In this document: positions 12,850 to 25,230 of the stretch, piece after piece
Numbering within the stretch: the stretch's first letter is position 1
Layout: each line of letters begins with the position of its first letter
Source: Mobula hypostoma
Taxonomy: Eukaryota
DNA: 64,000 bases
Reading direction: 5' to 3'
Assembly: GCF_963921235.1 (NCBI RefSeq)
Contig: NC_086108.1
Location: forward strand, 59,460,001-59,524,000
Program-made: the position numbers and the translations under genes
Notes under the pieces: model-generated
The model's database searches: none
What the model saw: only the letters and a program-made list of their open reading frames with translations
Told to the model about the DNA's origin: nothing

Positions 12850-13000
12850 CTTTCTGATTAATTTAAACAATTTACTAAACATGCATTTTTCATTAGGCAC
12901 TTCAAAAATGTCCCCTAATAAACAAAGGGGTGGTGAGTCTACCCGTATCAAGAAGAAATGATCAAAAATGTCCCAGAATGATGACACGCGTGTTAAATAC
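12850..13000 (-). mobile_element. Possible L1-clade ORF2 C-terminal relic
   Basis: Peptide VSSFWDIF...SPPLCLLGD resembles the FW...SP.LCLLG motif of fish L1 ORF2 ends. Very short. Confidence 0.3.
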
Positions 13001-13089
13001 TGAAAAGAGCAAGATGTAGACATGGTATTTATTTTCTTAAGCAAGATATGAAGTCAAGACTTTGACATCTAGTCAAGAATGGTAGGGCA

Positions 13090-13400
13090 TAATTTACCAA
13101 CCATCAGGGGTTGGCATTTCTATGGGCATTTTCATCCCAAATGATCACGACCAGCATATAAATGCAATTGACTAGATAAAATACAGTATGCCTGTTCCTC
13201 CAGAGCACAGATATCTGCCTGCCAAAGTGAAAATGTGACCATGTATGGCCAGTTCCACAAACTACTGGGCATAATCACTCTGGCCAATTGCCATCCCATC
13301 CACTTATGTCAAATCATTGGTCAAATAATTGAAAGCATCATTGACTGTGCTAACAGGTGGCACCTACAGATGCTCAGTTTGGATTTCACCAGGACTACTT
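13090..13400 (+). mobile_element. Ancient CR1-group LINE RT relic
   Basis: LANCHPIHLCQIIGQIIESIID resembles PANYRPISLLSIISKVMEG, followed by DAQFGF-like sequence. Confidence 0.5.
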
Positions 13401-14394
13401 TACAATCTTTGCCCTTGCCCACTGCTAATGATGGCTGTTTGCTGATAATATGTCAGGAAGTTAACAACAGCTTTAGGGATTTCATTGCATGCATGGTTTA
13501 ATTTGGAAATCACTTCACTGCTGTTGGTGATTCAGCTTTTCTCCAGAGGGTACACTGCTTGTAGCCTTCTTCACCACAATCAAGCTTGATTATTTGAACT
13601 GAGAGGAAACGTGTATTCATACGCGAGTTCTGTTGAAAAATGTCTTGAAAGTCTTAAATTTTGATGCATGAGATTTAAGTAAATTTAACTGGGGCTCAAG
13701 AAGCAGTTTCATCCTGAAAAGCTAATAGCAGGCAGTATGATAACTGCACCTCCCACACATAATATTTCAATCTGTAAGATTTTAAATAAAACATACTTGA
13801 AAATATTTGTGCTACTTCCATGCTCATACTTCCATTTTTCCATACAACATAAATATTTCAGTCCTTTGAGTCTATGCCAGCTCACAGAGCAAAGCAATTT
13901 GCACAACTTTTTTATGTAAGCTTCTCTTCCAAAATTCCCATCAACTTTCACATGCAAGGATATTGCCACTCTAAACAAGAGCCAATGGGATTAAGGACAA
14001 GGATAGAAGTCTGACTGACTAGCAGAAGACAGGGAAATAAGATAAAGAGATCCTTTTCAGGATGGCTGCCAATAATTAGTGGAGTTGCACAGTGGTCAGT
14101 GTTGGGACCACAGCTTCTTACTTTATATGTCAATGATCTGGGTGAAATAACTGATAGCAATGTGGCCAAGTCTGCAGATGTTACAAAGAGAATGAGGAAC
14201 AGGTAGCATCGTAGAGGTAAGGATTCTTCAGAAAGGCTTGGACAGGTTTTGAGAGTGGGCAAAGAAACAGCAGATGGAATACATCAGAGGGAAGTGTGGA
14301 TCTATATACTTTGGTAGGAAGAATAAAGGTGTAGACTGTCTTCTAAACGTGTAGAAAGTTTAGAAATCAGTTTTAAGGGCTTTGGGAATCCTAT

Positions 14395-15790
14395 CTGAAC
14401 TGAATTGACTTTATTTCCTACATCCTTTACATATATGAGGAGTAAAAATCTTTACATTACATCTCCGTCTGAATGTGCAACGTACAATCATAGTAATTTA
14501 TAATAATTTATAATAAAAAGAACAGTCAATGTAACGTACAGAACACTCAAATCAGCGTGAGTTCATCAATCTGATGGCCTTGTGAAAGAAGCTGTCCTGG
14601 AGCCTGCTGGTTCTGGCTTTTATGCTGCAGTACTGTTTCCCAGATGGTAGCAGCAGGAATAGATTGTGGTTGGGGTGACTCAGGTCACCAATGATCCTAC
14701 AGGCCATTTTTACACACCTGTCCTTGTAAATGTCATGAATCATGGGTAGTTCACTTCTACAGATGCGCTGGGCTGTCCACACCACTTTCTGCAGAGTCCT
14801 GCGATTAAGGGAGGTATAGTTCAAATATCAGGCAGTGATGCAGCCAGTCAGGATGCTCTCAGTTGTGCCCCTGTAGAAAGTTCTTAGGATTTGGGGGCCC
14901 ATACCAAACTTCCTCAACCATCTGAAGTGAAAGAGGCACTGTTTTGCCTTTTTCATCACACAGCTGGTGTGTACAGACCATGTGAGGTCCTCAGTGATGT
15001 GGATGCCGAGGAATTTAAAGCTGTTTACCCTCTCAACCCCAGATCCACTGATGTCAATAGGGGTTAGCCCATCACCATTTTTCTTGTAATCCACAACCAG
15101 CTCCTTTGTTTTTGCAACATTAAAGGAGAGTTTGTTTTCTTGACACCACTGTGTCCCTAGTTTTTTATAGCTTAGAAAAATAGAGTGCTATGGGTAACCT
15201 TAGGTAATTTCTAAAGTAAGTACATGTTTGGCACAGCATTGTGGGCCGAAGGGCCTGTATTGTGCTGTGGGTTTTCTATGTTTCTATGTGTCAGAGAGAT
15301 GACTTCTTCTTCTGTAGGCCACCTCGTTATTGTTTAAGTTAAGGCCAATCAATCTAGTGTCGTCAGCAAATTTAATTAGCAGATTAGAGTTGTGGGTGGC
15401 GACACAGTCATGGGTAGACATGGAGTAAAGGAGGGGACTTAGTACACAGCCCTGAGGGGCTCCTGTACTGAGAGTCAGAGGGGTGAAGGTGAGGGAGCCC
15501 ACTCTTACCACCTGCCGGCGATCTGACAGGAAGTTCAGAATCCAGCTGCACAAGACAGGGTCAAGGCTGAGGTCTCTGAGCTTCTTGTCGAGTCTTGATG
15601 CTGAACTGTAGTCCAAGACAGCATTCTCACATAAGCATCCTTCTTTTCCAGCTGTGTAAGGATGGTATGCAGAGCAGTGGCTATTGCGTCGTCTGTTGAT
15701 CGGTTGTGTCGGTAGGCGAATTGTCGGGTGTCCAGTTTGGGTGGTAGCAAGCTACAGATGTAATCCTTGACCAACCCCTCAAAGCATTTT
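14395..15790 (-). mobile_element. Rex1/Babar LINE, 5'-truncated
   Basis: ORFs with [43 protein letters not shown]. Same subfamily as 3509-7832. Confidence 0.92.
15156..15286 (+). mobile_element. Short CR1 3' tail insertion with TSD
   Basis: GGGCCGAAGGGCCTGTATTGTGCTG...(TTTCTATG)n. TGTGTC duplicated at 15150-15155 and 15287-15292. Confidence 0.85.
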
Positions 15791-16451
15791 TCAGGATTTT
15801 GTTAAGGTTAACTTGCAGGTTGAATTGGCAATATGCAACACCGATGTAATGATAGCATTCATTTTGAGAGGATTAAAAGAACAAGGATTTTCTGCTAAGG
15901 CTTCATAAGGCATTGGTCAGACCATATTTGGAATATTGTGAGCAATTTTTGGCCTTAGATCTAAGGGAAGGCATGCTGGTCCTTGAAAAGATCCAGTGGA
16001 GATCCACAATAATGATATGGGATTGAAAGGCTTGGTGTATGCATGAGGAATGTTTGATGGCTCTCAGCCTGTATTTGATGGAGTTCAGAAGGATAAGGGG
16101 AGATTTCATTAATTCCTACTGGATATTGAAAAACCTGGATAGACTGGACGTGATGATGTCTTCATTGGTTAAAGACTCCAGAATTCAAGAACACAGCCTC
16201 AATACAGGGTTGTGCTTTTAGAACTGTGATGAGGAAGGGGTGGTGAACCTGTGGGAATTCTTTGTCACAGAGGGCTACATTGGATATACTTGAGGCAGAG
16301 ACTGATAGGTGCTTGAGTGCTAAAGGAGTTAAGGGCTACGTAGAAAGGGCAGGAGAATGGGACTGAAAAAAAAATCTGCCATGATTAAGTAGTGCGGCAG
16401 ACTTGATGGGCCAAATGGCCTAATTTTGTTGCTATGTCTTATAGTCACTCG

Positions 16452-16570
16452 ATTAGGGGCAATTAATCCACTAACCCACATGTTTTTGGGATGTGGCAAG
16501 AAACGGGAATACCCAATGCAAGCTCACATGAGTGCAGGTAGAATGTGCAAACTTTGCACAGACATCACCA
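16452..16570 (-). mobile_element. V-SINE (HE1-like) central fragment
   Basis: Reverse complement matches the V-domain TTTGCACATTCT...GGGT...CCCGTTTCT..CCACATCC.AAAA. Confidence 0.65.
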
Positions 16571-17961
16571 AACAAAGCTGCAAAAACTCCTCTTGTAAAT
16601 GTAAATGTTTGATTATTCCTTTATATTGCACATAGGTAGTAAACTCAGGCAAAACAGTAGAAACAGATTTTCCAAACTGGCACAAACCTAGTACATAATT
16701 TTGTGATGCTTCAGTTCTGCCTGTCACCTGGCATGGATGAGCCCTGACAATGAATGCAACTCTGAAACTAGCTACTTTTCGACAGTCAAGCTACTTTACA
16801 TATTTTAAGTAACTGTCAGGCAACCTGATGGAAAGATATGGCCATTTCCAAGTGTGGTGGAAAAACTATTACAGCTGGCTTGGCAGGCTTCATTGTGCCT
16901 GATAAATCAAATTTATATTCAGTGTTGAAAATAAATATCTTGGCAATTGATTATATTTTTGGTCCTTTTTCCCTCCCTCCAGCATTAAACCATTGATGCA
17001 TACTGACAGGCATCTCTGTGCTCCATTTTGCTATTAATGCATTAGATGGCATTGAAAAGTTGCGACTGTACTATCCAGGATTTTGAGTTATTAATTTTAT
17101 TAACACAAATGCATCTTTTTCTGTTTCCCTCTATAGAGAGTTCAAATGCAGATTTTAAAAAGGTTCCTCAGGAATATGAAAAAGCTTTCAAAATTGTAAT
17201 TAAATAACAAGAGCAAAATTATACTTAAAACTTAAGGAAAAACTGCTTTACATTAATGACTTTACAATTTATGTAACCAAATAGCTCCCACTGATCAGGT
17301 ATACTTTTATAATTAAAATTATTTGAGCAATTATTAAGGTATTTTATGGTATTTAATTGATTATTTCATATACAGTGGATTCTGGCTGAAAGGTTAATCA
17401 GGGCAGTTGCTTATTTGGGCCAACTCTTAATGAACATGAACTAATCCAGAAAATAGCCAGCATTCACTTAATTTATTTGAGACACTTTACTTGATCAGGA
17501 GACTGTTGCTAAACAGTCTCAAATTAAAATCGGTCTCATGAACTTGTGCAGCCATTAGACACTATGCTTGGAGAGAATGTTTTTTAAATAGCATCACTTG
17601 CACATTTTTGTGGTTAAAAAACTGTGATTTTTTTTACAGATAGTTAGTGAGAATAAAGCAGTAAGACAATTTAGAATTGATTTGCTCACTGCACTTTTCA
17701 AGCATTCAGGCTTAGAGACGCTAGAAACGGCTGGTAATGAAAATAAAACCATTTCACTACTTCAACAAATGAGAAACTATGAAGAATTTGAAGGTTTCAA
17801 CAACTATCTTGAATGTTGAGATGAAAGTGAAGATTTGAAGGATGGAATTGTCGATAGCGTTGTATGAAGGCAGTGCATTATCTGCACTAGTTGTCTGTGC
17901 CAATTTTGTTCATTTACAGTCAATCAAAAGAACACGGTAGCGTGTTGGTTGTCTGTTGTGT

Positions 17962-18685
17962 TGCAAGGACGTGGCTGGGGACGAACCCAAGAGCAGGACA
18001 CAGGCACGGAGACAGGGTCGTGAGGCGTTAGAACAGCCGCGAACGTGGAACAGGTATTCAGGAGAATCTTTACACGAAGACAAGGTTTACGTAGATTATC
18101 CAGGGAATGGTGCAGAGCTTAGAACTGACAGTCCTAAGGGATCAGGAAACGAGGTTTACACACACTAGAACAGACCAACGAACTGGCGAAGCATGACAGT
18201 GACGCCAGGGTTCTTATCCTCAGTTCGCTGATGGAGACATGATAGAAGTATACAAGATATTAAGAGGAATAGATAGAGTGGATAGCCAACGTCTCTACCC
18301 CAGGGACCACTGCTCAATAAAAGAGGACATGGCTTTAAGGTAAGGGGTGGAAAGTTCCAGGGGGATATTAGAGGAAGGTTTTTTTAACTCAGAGAGCGGT
18401 TGGTGCATGGAATGCACTGCCTGAGTCAGTGGTGGAGACAGGTACACTAGTGAGGTTTAAGAGACTACTAGACAGGGTATATGGAGGAACTTAAGGTGGG
18501 GGGTTATATGGGAGGCAGGGTTTGAGGGTCGGCACAATATTGTGGGCCGAAGGGCCTGTACTGTGCTGTACTATTCTATATAAAGCAGGTGTGCTGTAAT
18601 TGATGAAAATTGGGAACAATTGGAAATCAGACGAGGGGATTAAGACCTAATCAAGGAGTAATAGCAAGATGGGGCATTGCTGGAC
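17962..18685. mobile_element. Solo-LTR-like element split by a CR1 tail
   Basis: CpG-richer non-coding block starting TGCAAGGAC and ending ...TGGAC, interrupting the RTE-related element. LTR identity is inferred. Confidence 0.45.
18233..18580 (+). mobile_element. Young CR1 3' end
   Basis: GDMIEVYKILRGIDRVDSQ. Closely similar to the reverse complement of 63622-64000. Confidence 0.92.
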
Positions 18686-20777
18686 GAAGACAGTGAAATA
18701 TGTGCATGAAAGTTTTTAAATTGGAAAAGCCATTGCACTGGGGCAGTTTTACTCTCTTAATCTTGGAAGTCTGGGTCCAGTGGTACAAGTAGTGGTCACA
18801 AACTGGAGTCTTCCTTGGTTTCAGTAGATGACATCTTCTGTGCCTTATCATGCATTTCGCACTCCACAAAACATTGCAGAATAACCTTTTTGGTCGTAGG
18901 ATCACCCGCTAGAGCTCACCCATTGATCTTCACATGCTAGGACAGGCATCTCACTATTTCATCAGGAAATGAGACCCTCACCTGGTATAGCCCACCTGTC
19001 GAAGTGGTGTACCAGGGTTTGGCCACTGTTGCATGCTAACAGTTATCTGGATCCATAGGTGAGAGCTGAATGTCCAGTGGGGACCAAAGGTGAGTGACCT
19101 GCCCTAGAATGGACAATGACAGCCCCTTTACTAGAGGTGCTACCTCTCCCTCGACACCCTGTACACTGGATGAATTCCCCTGCCGATAACCATTAGGTAC
19201 TTATGCACAGTTTTAGAAGCAATAGCATTAGTAGGGTTCTAACCTGTTCTGTATTTCAGTTAAATACTCAATTTGTTACTTAGTTAAATGGCCGTTTGTC
19301 TTTTTTATACATTTTTAACTACTTCCTTGAAAGTTTGCCTAATTGGGGCGTCTGCTTAATTAGGCCAAAATGTACTGACCCCAATGTGTCTCAATTAACC
19401 AGAATCCCCTATATTTCCTTGCACACTGTCCTCTGAATGAGATTATACATTATCTGATTATAGTGGGTAACTCTGCATGATACAATGAAATTAATTCAGC
19501 AATTACTTTAAAATTTAGTGACCATTTATCATGGGTAACAAGAAAGGAAAATAGAAAGCATCGTTTTGGGTAATTGAGGGTTGCAGATGTAGTTTGAATT
19601 GTACCTGCAGTTCATCTGAGTTATGAATCCATCATAATTGTGAAAGGCTCATCAATTTATCAACAACATTGAAGTAACCTGTTAGTTTCCAAGACTATGC
19701 TGGAAAGATTAATTGAACCTCAATTTAATTTGTTCATTTTGATTCGGGATCTTTCATTTAGTCCAAATCATTCTGGGTGATTTTAAAAACTTAAGAATTC
19801 CAATCTAAAGAGGCAACGTATGCTCCCTGAAAATGTGAATGATTGTATATTACACACAAATTAGATTTGAAAGGATGGAGTGTACTGTTGTTCATTTCAA
19901 CAGGAACAATTACATCTCTTAGATGGCAATGATTCCCAGTATTCCTTTGAAGCATATTGGATACACCATTGCCAAGATCACATCACTTCTGTTTATTGGA
20001 TGTTAGTAGTGACAAACTATCATACTGTTCAAAATTTATTCCCTGAATTTTAAACAAAATAGAACTTATAAAATGAAAGACACAATCATAAATATTCCTG
20101 ATTGCCTCTACCTGCCAAACAATGAGCAAATAATAACTCAGGCCTATGTGAAGGAAGTACAGTATTATTGCCAGATAATTGATAACATTTTTTTGTCCAC
20201 AGTGTGCAAGAAATAAAATACATTTGCCTGATTGCACACAGAATATCAAAGATTAGCTCTTTAATCAGAACACGGGAGGTATTTATTACCAAAGGAATTA
20301 TGGATGGATTTACTATTCCCTTTTTTTCTGTTCATAACTTATGTCTGAAAATTATATGTCCCGGAGCTAAACACTTCCAAAGATGCCAGTAAGTGACCAT
20401 TCTATATATGTGAACACAGAAGCTTAGGTTATGGAGGTGCCCAAGGGAGCTCACACATCTCTATTTCTTTGCGGCTTGTGGGCAGTGATGATGTGAGCTG
20501 ATTTTATTGGCCATTACTTGGAATGGATATTCATCCACTTCAGAGAGCAGTTACGAATTACCCACATTGCTACATGTCTGAGGTCACGTCTGATTCAAAC
20601 TGCAATCATAGCATAACTTCTTCTCTGAAGATCATTGGTGAATCAAATAGATTTTCACAGTAACATGCAAAAGTGCTGAGAAAGGATGAAGCTCTCAGTA
20701 TCAGTTTAAGGACGCAGAGGGTAAATAGAGAACACATTGCCCAGCTGAAGTGCACTAAACCATTTCTTTGAGAACCT

Positions 20778-22210
20778 CAGAATCAGAATCAGAATCAGAT
20801 TTAATATCATTGGCATATGTCGTGAGATTTGTTAACTTTATGGCAGCAGTACAATGAAATACATGATAAGTACATATAACAAAAAAACTGAGTTACGCCA
20901 AGTGTATATATGTTTACTAAATAGCTAAGTGAATATAAGTAGCGCAAAATAACAGAAATAAAAAAGTAGTGTTCATGGGTTCAATGTCCATTTAGAAGTC
21001 ATATGGTAGAGGGGAAGAAGCTATTCCTAAATCCCTGAGTGTGTGCCTTCAGGCTTCTGTACCTCCTTTCTGATGGCAACAATGAGAAGAGGGCATGTGC
21101 TGGGTGAAATTGGGGTGCTTGATAATGGATGCCACATTTCTAAAGCATCAGTCCTTAAAGATGTCTTGGATACTGTGGAGGCTGGCATCCATGAAAGAGC
21201 TAACTAATTTTACAAGTTTCTGCAAGTTATTTTGATCTTGTGAAGTCGTCTCCACCTCCCCCACCCCCACCCTACCAGATGATGATGCAGCCAGTCAGAA
21301 TGCTCTCCACAGTACATTTGTACAAGTTTTCGAGTGTTTTAGTTGACAAACCGAATCTCCTCAAACTCCTACTGAAGTATAGCCACTGTCTTGCCTTCTG
21401 TATAGCTGCATCAATAAGTTGCACCCAGGTTAGGTCCTAAGAGATATTGACACCCAGGAACTTGAAATTGTTCACTCTCTGCACTTCTGATCCCTCTGTG
21501 AGGACTGGTTTGTGTTCCCTTGTCTTACCCTTTCTGAAGTCCACAATCAGCTCTTTGGTCTTGCTGACATCGAGTGCAAGGTTGTTTCTGCGACACCACT
21601 CCACTCACTGGTATAGCTCACTTCTGTACGTCCTCTCGTCACCACCTTAAATTCTGCCAACAATGGTTGTATCATCAGCAAATTTACAGATGTGGTCTGA
21701 GCTATGTCTAACCATGTAGTCATGGATGCAGAGAGAGTAGAGCAGTGAGCTAAGTACACATCCCTGTGGAGTGCCAGTGTTAATTGTCAGCGAGGTGGAG
21801 ATGTTATTTCCAATCCGCACAGATTGTGGTCTTCTGGTTAGGAAGTTGAGGATCCATTTGCAGAGGGAGGTACAGAGGCCTAGGTTCTGTAGCTTTTTGA
21901 TCAGGACTGCAGAATAATGGTGTTAAATGTGAGCTATAGTTACTAAACAGCATTCTGACATAGATGTTTGCATGGTCCAGGTGAATCAAGGCTGTGTGGA
22001 GAGCCATTGAGATCGTTGGCTGCTGTAGGCCTACTGTAGTGATAGGCGCAATGCAATGGGTCCAGGTCCTTGTTGAGGCAGCTGTTGATTCTAGCCATGA
22101 CCAACCTCATGGCATTTTATCACCATAGATGCGAATGCTACTGGTTGATAGTCATTGAAGCAGCTTACAGTGTTCTTCTTGGGCACTGGTGTAATTGTTG
22201 TCCTTTTGAA
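20778..22210 (-). mobile_element. Rex1/Babar LINE, 5'-truncated, (TTCTGA)n tail
   Basis: ALHTALIHLD...YVRMLFSNYSS and KFADDTT. (AGAATC)n at 20779-20797. Confidence 0.92.
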
Positions 22211-23822
22211 CTTTTGGGAGCTTTAAACCACATTTAGGGTGAGCCAGGGAAAAAAAGTGAGTCATCAAAAGGAAGCAACTTTATTAAACTATAGGGTCCT
22301 TCGTTGCTAACTTTGCAAATATTTCTGTATGAGATGAAGTGAGGGTGAGAAAATACTATGGTGTAGTCATGAGAGGAAGCTGCAGAATACATTTAGATTC
22401 TAAGATCATCGATGTGGTAGGGGCAATTATTTAGTCCTTTCATTTTCAAGCTGCCGACCATGCTGTAAAGAGTTCATTGCCCTGAGAAAAGCAGGAGATA
22501 TAGCACACTAAAACACCCCTAATTCTCTAGGCAAAGTAAAACTTATACCTCAAAATGTATGGTTGTACATATCAGCTCTTACTTTGCACGTGTGGTTACG
22601 AACTTTACTAACTCTGGACATCGAAATACCTGTGCTGCCATCTCCCACAGTCAGCAAGCAGCAGCACTAAAGTCCTGTTCTCTATTTTAGCATGGATGTA
22701 TTAATGTAATAGATACATTCTATTTGAGAGAAACGTGGTTGAAATGTGATTATTCAGGTTCACACAGAACTTCCTGGAGTGACTCTTGTCTCTTTACTAA
22801 AACTGCTTTGATGTCACCACCACCACTGACACTGTCCCTCTGGGTGAATTGTGTACTGCTGCAATTCCTTTGAGAACTTACAGGAGCTTTAGACCACATT
22901 TTGATTCCGATAGAGGGGTAGCCAAAGTAAAAGAGCAGCCATCAGGAAGGAAGCAAAGTGCTGCTGGTGATTCACAGAGCTCGGAGAACTGTCTGAAGTT
23001 ATGTCACTTTCCCAGCAAGAGCACATCTCTAAGTACTCTAGGGGTGATCTCTGAGTATGTGGAGTAGCTAATAGCTGTGTGTGTACAGTTTCTGGCATGA
23101 TCTTGGGTACATTTAAAATTGACAGTTATCGGAGGAACATTTAGTCACTTCATTAGGATTGATGGCAGCTCTCCATTGCAGAAAGTTGTCTTGGCCCCAA
23201 CTCTGCAGCAGCATAGAGTGCAACCCCAGTGGCAATGAAGGATACGAGTTTTCATTCAATTCTGGCCAGAATGAAGAAATAGGTCTTGAAATCTGATAAC
23301 TGCCATTAGGCCATCTGTCTGTAAATAAGTGACTTTCAAGCTAAGAGCTGCCACGAAGCAACTGATCACTCCTAGGCCAGAATTAGACTGTATGGTGGCA
23401 GGACTCCTCTTCAGTTATGTTCTGCAATCTCTCTCCATGTCTCAGGCTGCTACTAGTAGACTTTCACAGGGCTTTGTGTTTTGGCCCCGTGATTCTGTGA
23501 GGGATATTAATGATTTAGAGTTAAATGCTTAAATGTACAGATGTGATAATGAATTTTGCAGTTGATACAAACACTGGCCATATATTTGACAGCAAGGAGG
23601 TAAGCTTTACACTTCAGAAAGATGTAGATAATCTGGCCAGAAAGGCAGATAAATGGCAAATGAAATTTAATTTTGAAAAGTATAAGGTAATTGAGAAAAT
23701 ATAAGGTAAGGTATTGAGAAAGTCCTCAAAGGCACAGGGGAAACAATAATAATTTACAAGATGCTGAGTGGTGTGGAGGGAAAAAGGAATCTTGTCAACT
23801 GCAGGCTCAGATTCTTAATAGC

Positions 23823-24950
23823 CATCATCATCGTTATGTGCCTTGTCGTATGATGTGGGTGATCATGGTCTTATCCATGACCATAATTTTTCTTGCTTTG
23901 CCATTGCCATTTTCTGGACAGTGTCTTTACAAAATGGATTTAAAATGGTGCTGGTGAACCTCAGCGACTTCTGGCTGGAGGCTAATGAAACAAAGAAAAC
24001 AACTAAATGCTTCGTTCATCACACTTTTTCGAGCAAATGTTCATCTCAAAAAAATAGTCTGTAACTTCCCTTTGGACTTCAAGGCAATTTGATGTGGCAG
24101 AACCAAGGCAAGGTGAGGTGGTGGGCCTGTTACTGAGCACGAGGAAGACCTGAGGTTCGAACATTTTATGTGCCATGTTGAACCTGAAAGGTCGGTTACA
24201 GGCCAAATTGAAGTGGCGAGGTCCAAGCACCAGAGCTTATTGAATTGACTGAACCTGATACTCGGACAGAGACTTAAGCACAGGGCTGAATCAGACAGGT
24301 CAGTTTACAGGCCGAATTGAGGCGGTGAGGTCCAGACACCAGAGCAGATTGGGACGGAGATTTAAGTGCAGGGACAAATCGGAAAGGACGGATGCAGGCC
24401 GAGGTGGTGGGGTCCAGACCCCAGACTGTATGGAGGCAATTGACCCCGATGTTTGGATGTTGATTTAGGTGCCGAACAAGATTGAAAAGGTCAGGGTGTT
24501 GGTGTCTGAGGCAAGGGACAGGTCAGTTCAGATTGCTGCTCCACGACTTGGTTTGTGCTGACCTATGGACTCTCTTTGCGACCTTCAGTTCAGAACGCTA
24601 CTTGCTTGCAGTTATCGTTTGCATGATGTGTTCATTTTCTCTGTACATTGGGTGTCCAACTGTCTTTTTTTAATATGGGTTCTTTTGGATTTCTTTGTTT
24701 CATGGCTACCTGGTAAGAGACTAATCTCAAGGTTTTATAATTTATGCATACTTTGATAATAAATGTACTTTAAACTTTGAACTTTGGACCCTGGCGTCAG
24801 TGGTCACATAACCAGGACTTGTGATGTGTACCAGCTGCTCACACCACCATTCACTATCTGCTCCCATATCTTCATGTGACCTTGATTGGGGGGCTAAGTA
24901 GGTGCTACCACTTCTTCAAGGGTGACATGCAGTCTATCGGAGGGAGGGCC
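23823..24950 (-). mobile_element. RTE-mobilised SINE-like element with (GAT)n tail, split by an insertion at 23941-24786
   Basis: (CAT)n at 23823 and terminal stem-loop ATCATGGTC...GACCATAAT. Body resumes at 24787. Confidence 0.55.
23941..24786 (+). mobile_element. Non-autonomous element with a Rex1-type 3' tail
   Basis: Starts AAAATGGTGC and ends CATACTTTGATAATAAATGTA(CTTTGAA)n like the tails at 41900 and 63110. No RT motifs inside. Confidence 0.65.
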
Positions 24951-25119
24951 TTTATTAGTCGAGGGACAAAGTATTAGAACAGTGAGGTTACATTAAAACT
25001 ATATATATAACACTAGTTGCACCACCGCCTGAGAATATCATACAGTTATGATCACTATTATACAAAATATGTGTTTTTGGTGCAAAGGCCACAAAGAAGA
25101 TATATGTAGATATTGAAAG

Positions 25120-25230
25120 ATGAAAAACTGCAGATACTGAAAATCTAAAACAAATGACAAAAAATGCTGGGAACACTGGGCAGGTAAGGCAGTATCTGTG
25201 GAACAAGAAACAGAATTCACTTTGTAACTG
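25120..25230 (-). mobile_element. Penelope terminal-repeat relic
   Basis: CTGCAGATACTGAAAATCT...AAATGCTGGGAACACT...CAGG..AGGCAGTATCT matches 3680-3760. Confidence 0.65.

Larger units (their letters stand above)
13975..16425 (+). mobile_element. Decayed CR1 LINE 3' half split by Rex1 (pieces 13975-14393 and 15791-16425)
   Basis: SGVAQWSVLGPQL, KSADVTK, then LKVNLQVE, KALVRPYLEYCEQF and CR1 tail GGGCCAAATGGCCTAAT. Confidence 0.85.
17944..19161 (-). mobile_element. Non-coding RTE-related short element (tail 17944-17961, body 18686-19161)
   Basis: Absent from the second Tigger-type copy. Minus-strand head GGGAGAGGTAGCACCTCT.GT.AAGGGGCT resembles RTE 5' UTRs. Ends in ...CAGACAACCAAC. Confidence 0.5.
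17373..19411 (+). mobile_element. Tigger/pogo-type non-autonomous DNA transposon hosting three nested insertions (17944-19161)
   Basis: TA|CAGTGGATTCTGG ... CCAGAATCCCCTA|TA termini. Both halves align with the second copy at 43247-45021. Confidence 0.85.
23450..25110 (+). mobile_element. Old CR1 RT fragments (23450-23820 and 24952-25110) flanking nested insertions
   Basis: TSRLSQGFVFWP..INDLE resembles TSGVPQGSVLGP..INDLD. Second piece resembles FISRG.EY...EV.LKLY.TLV.P. Confidence 0.6.

Noticed and set aside
17137..17207. Good acceptor (TTTTTCTGTTTCCCTCTATAG) before a short frame
   Set aside because: All frames close within about 25 codons, there is no convincing donor and the peptide is unrecognised.
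20779..20797. Short tandem arrays as CRISPR or telomeric repeats
   Set aside because: They are 5-9-nt LINE tail repeats with no spacers and no TTAGGG.
22740..23450. GC-balanced block with overlapping ORFs and a minus-strand GTAAGT donor at about 22876
   Set aside because: No credible acceptor in an open frame and no recognisable protein or repeat motif, so left unassigned.
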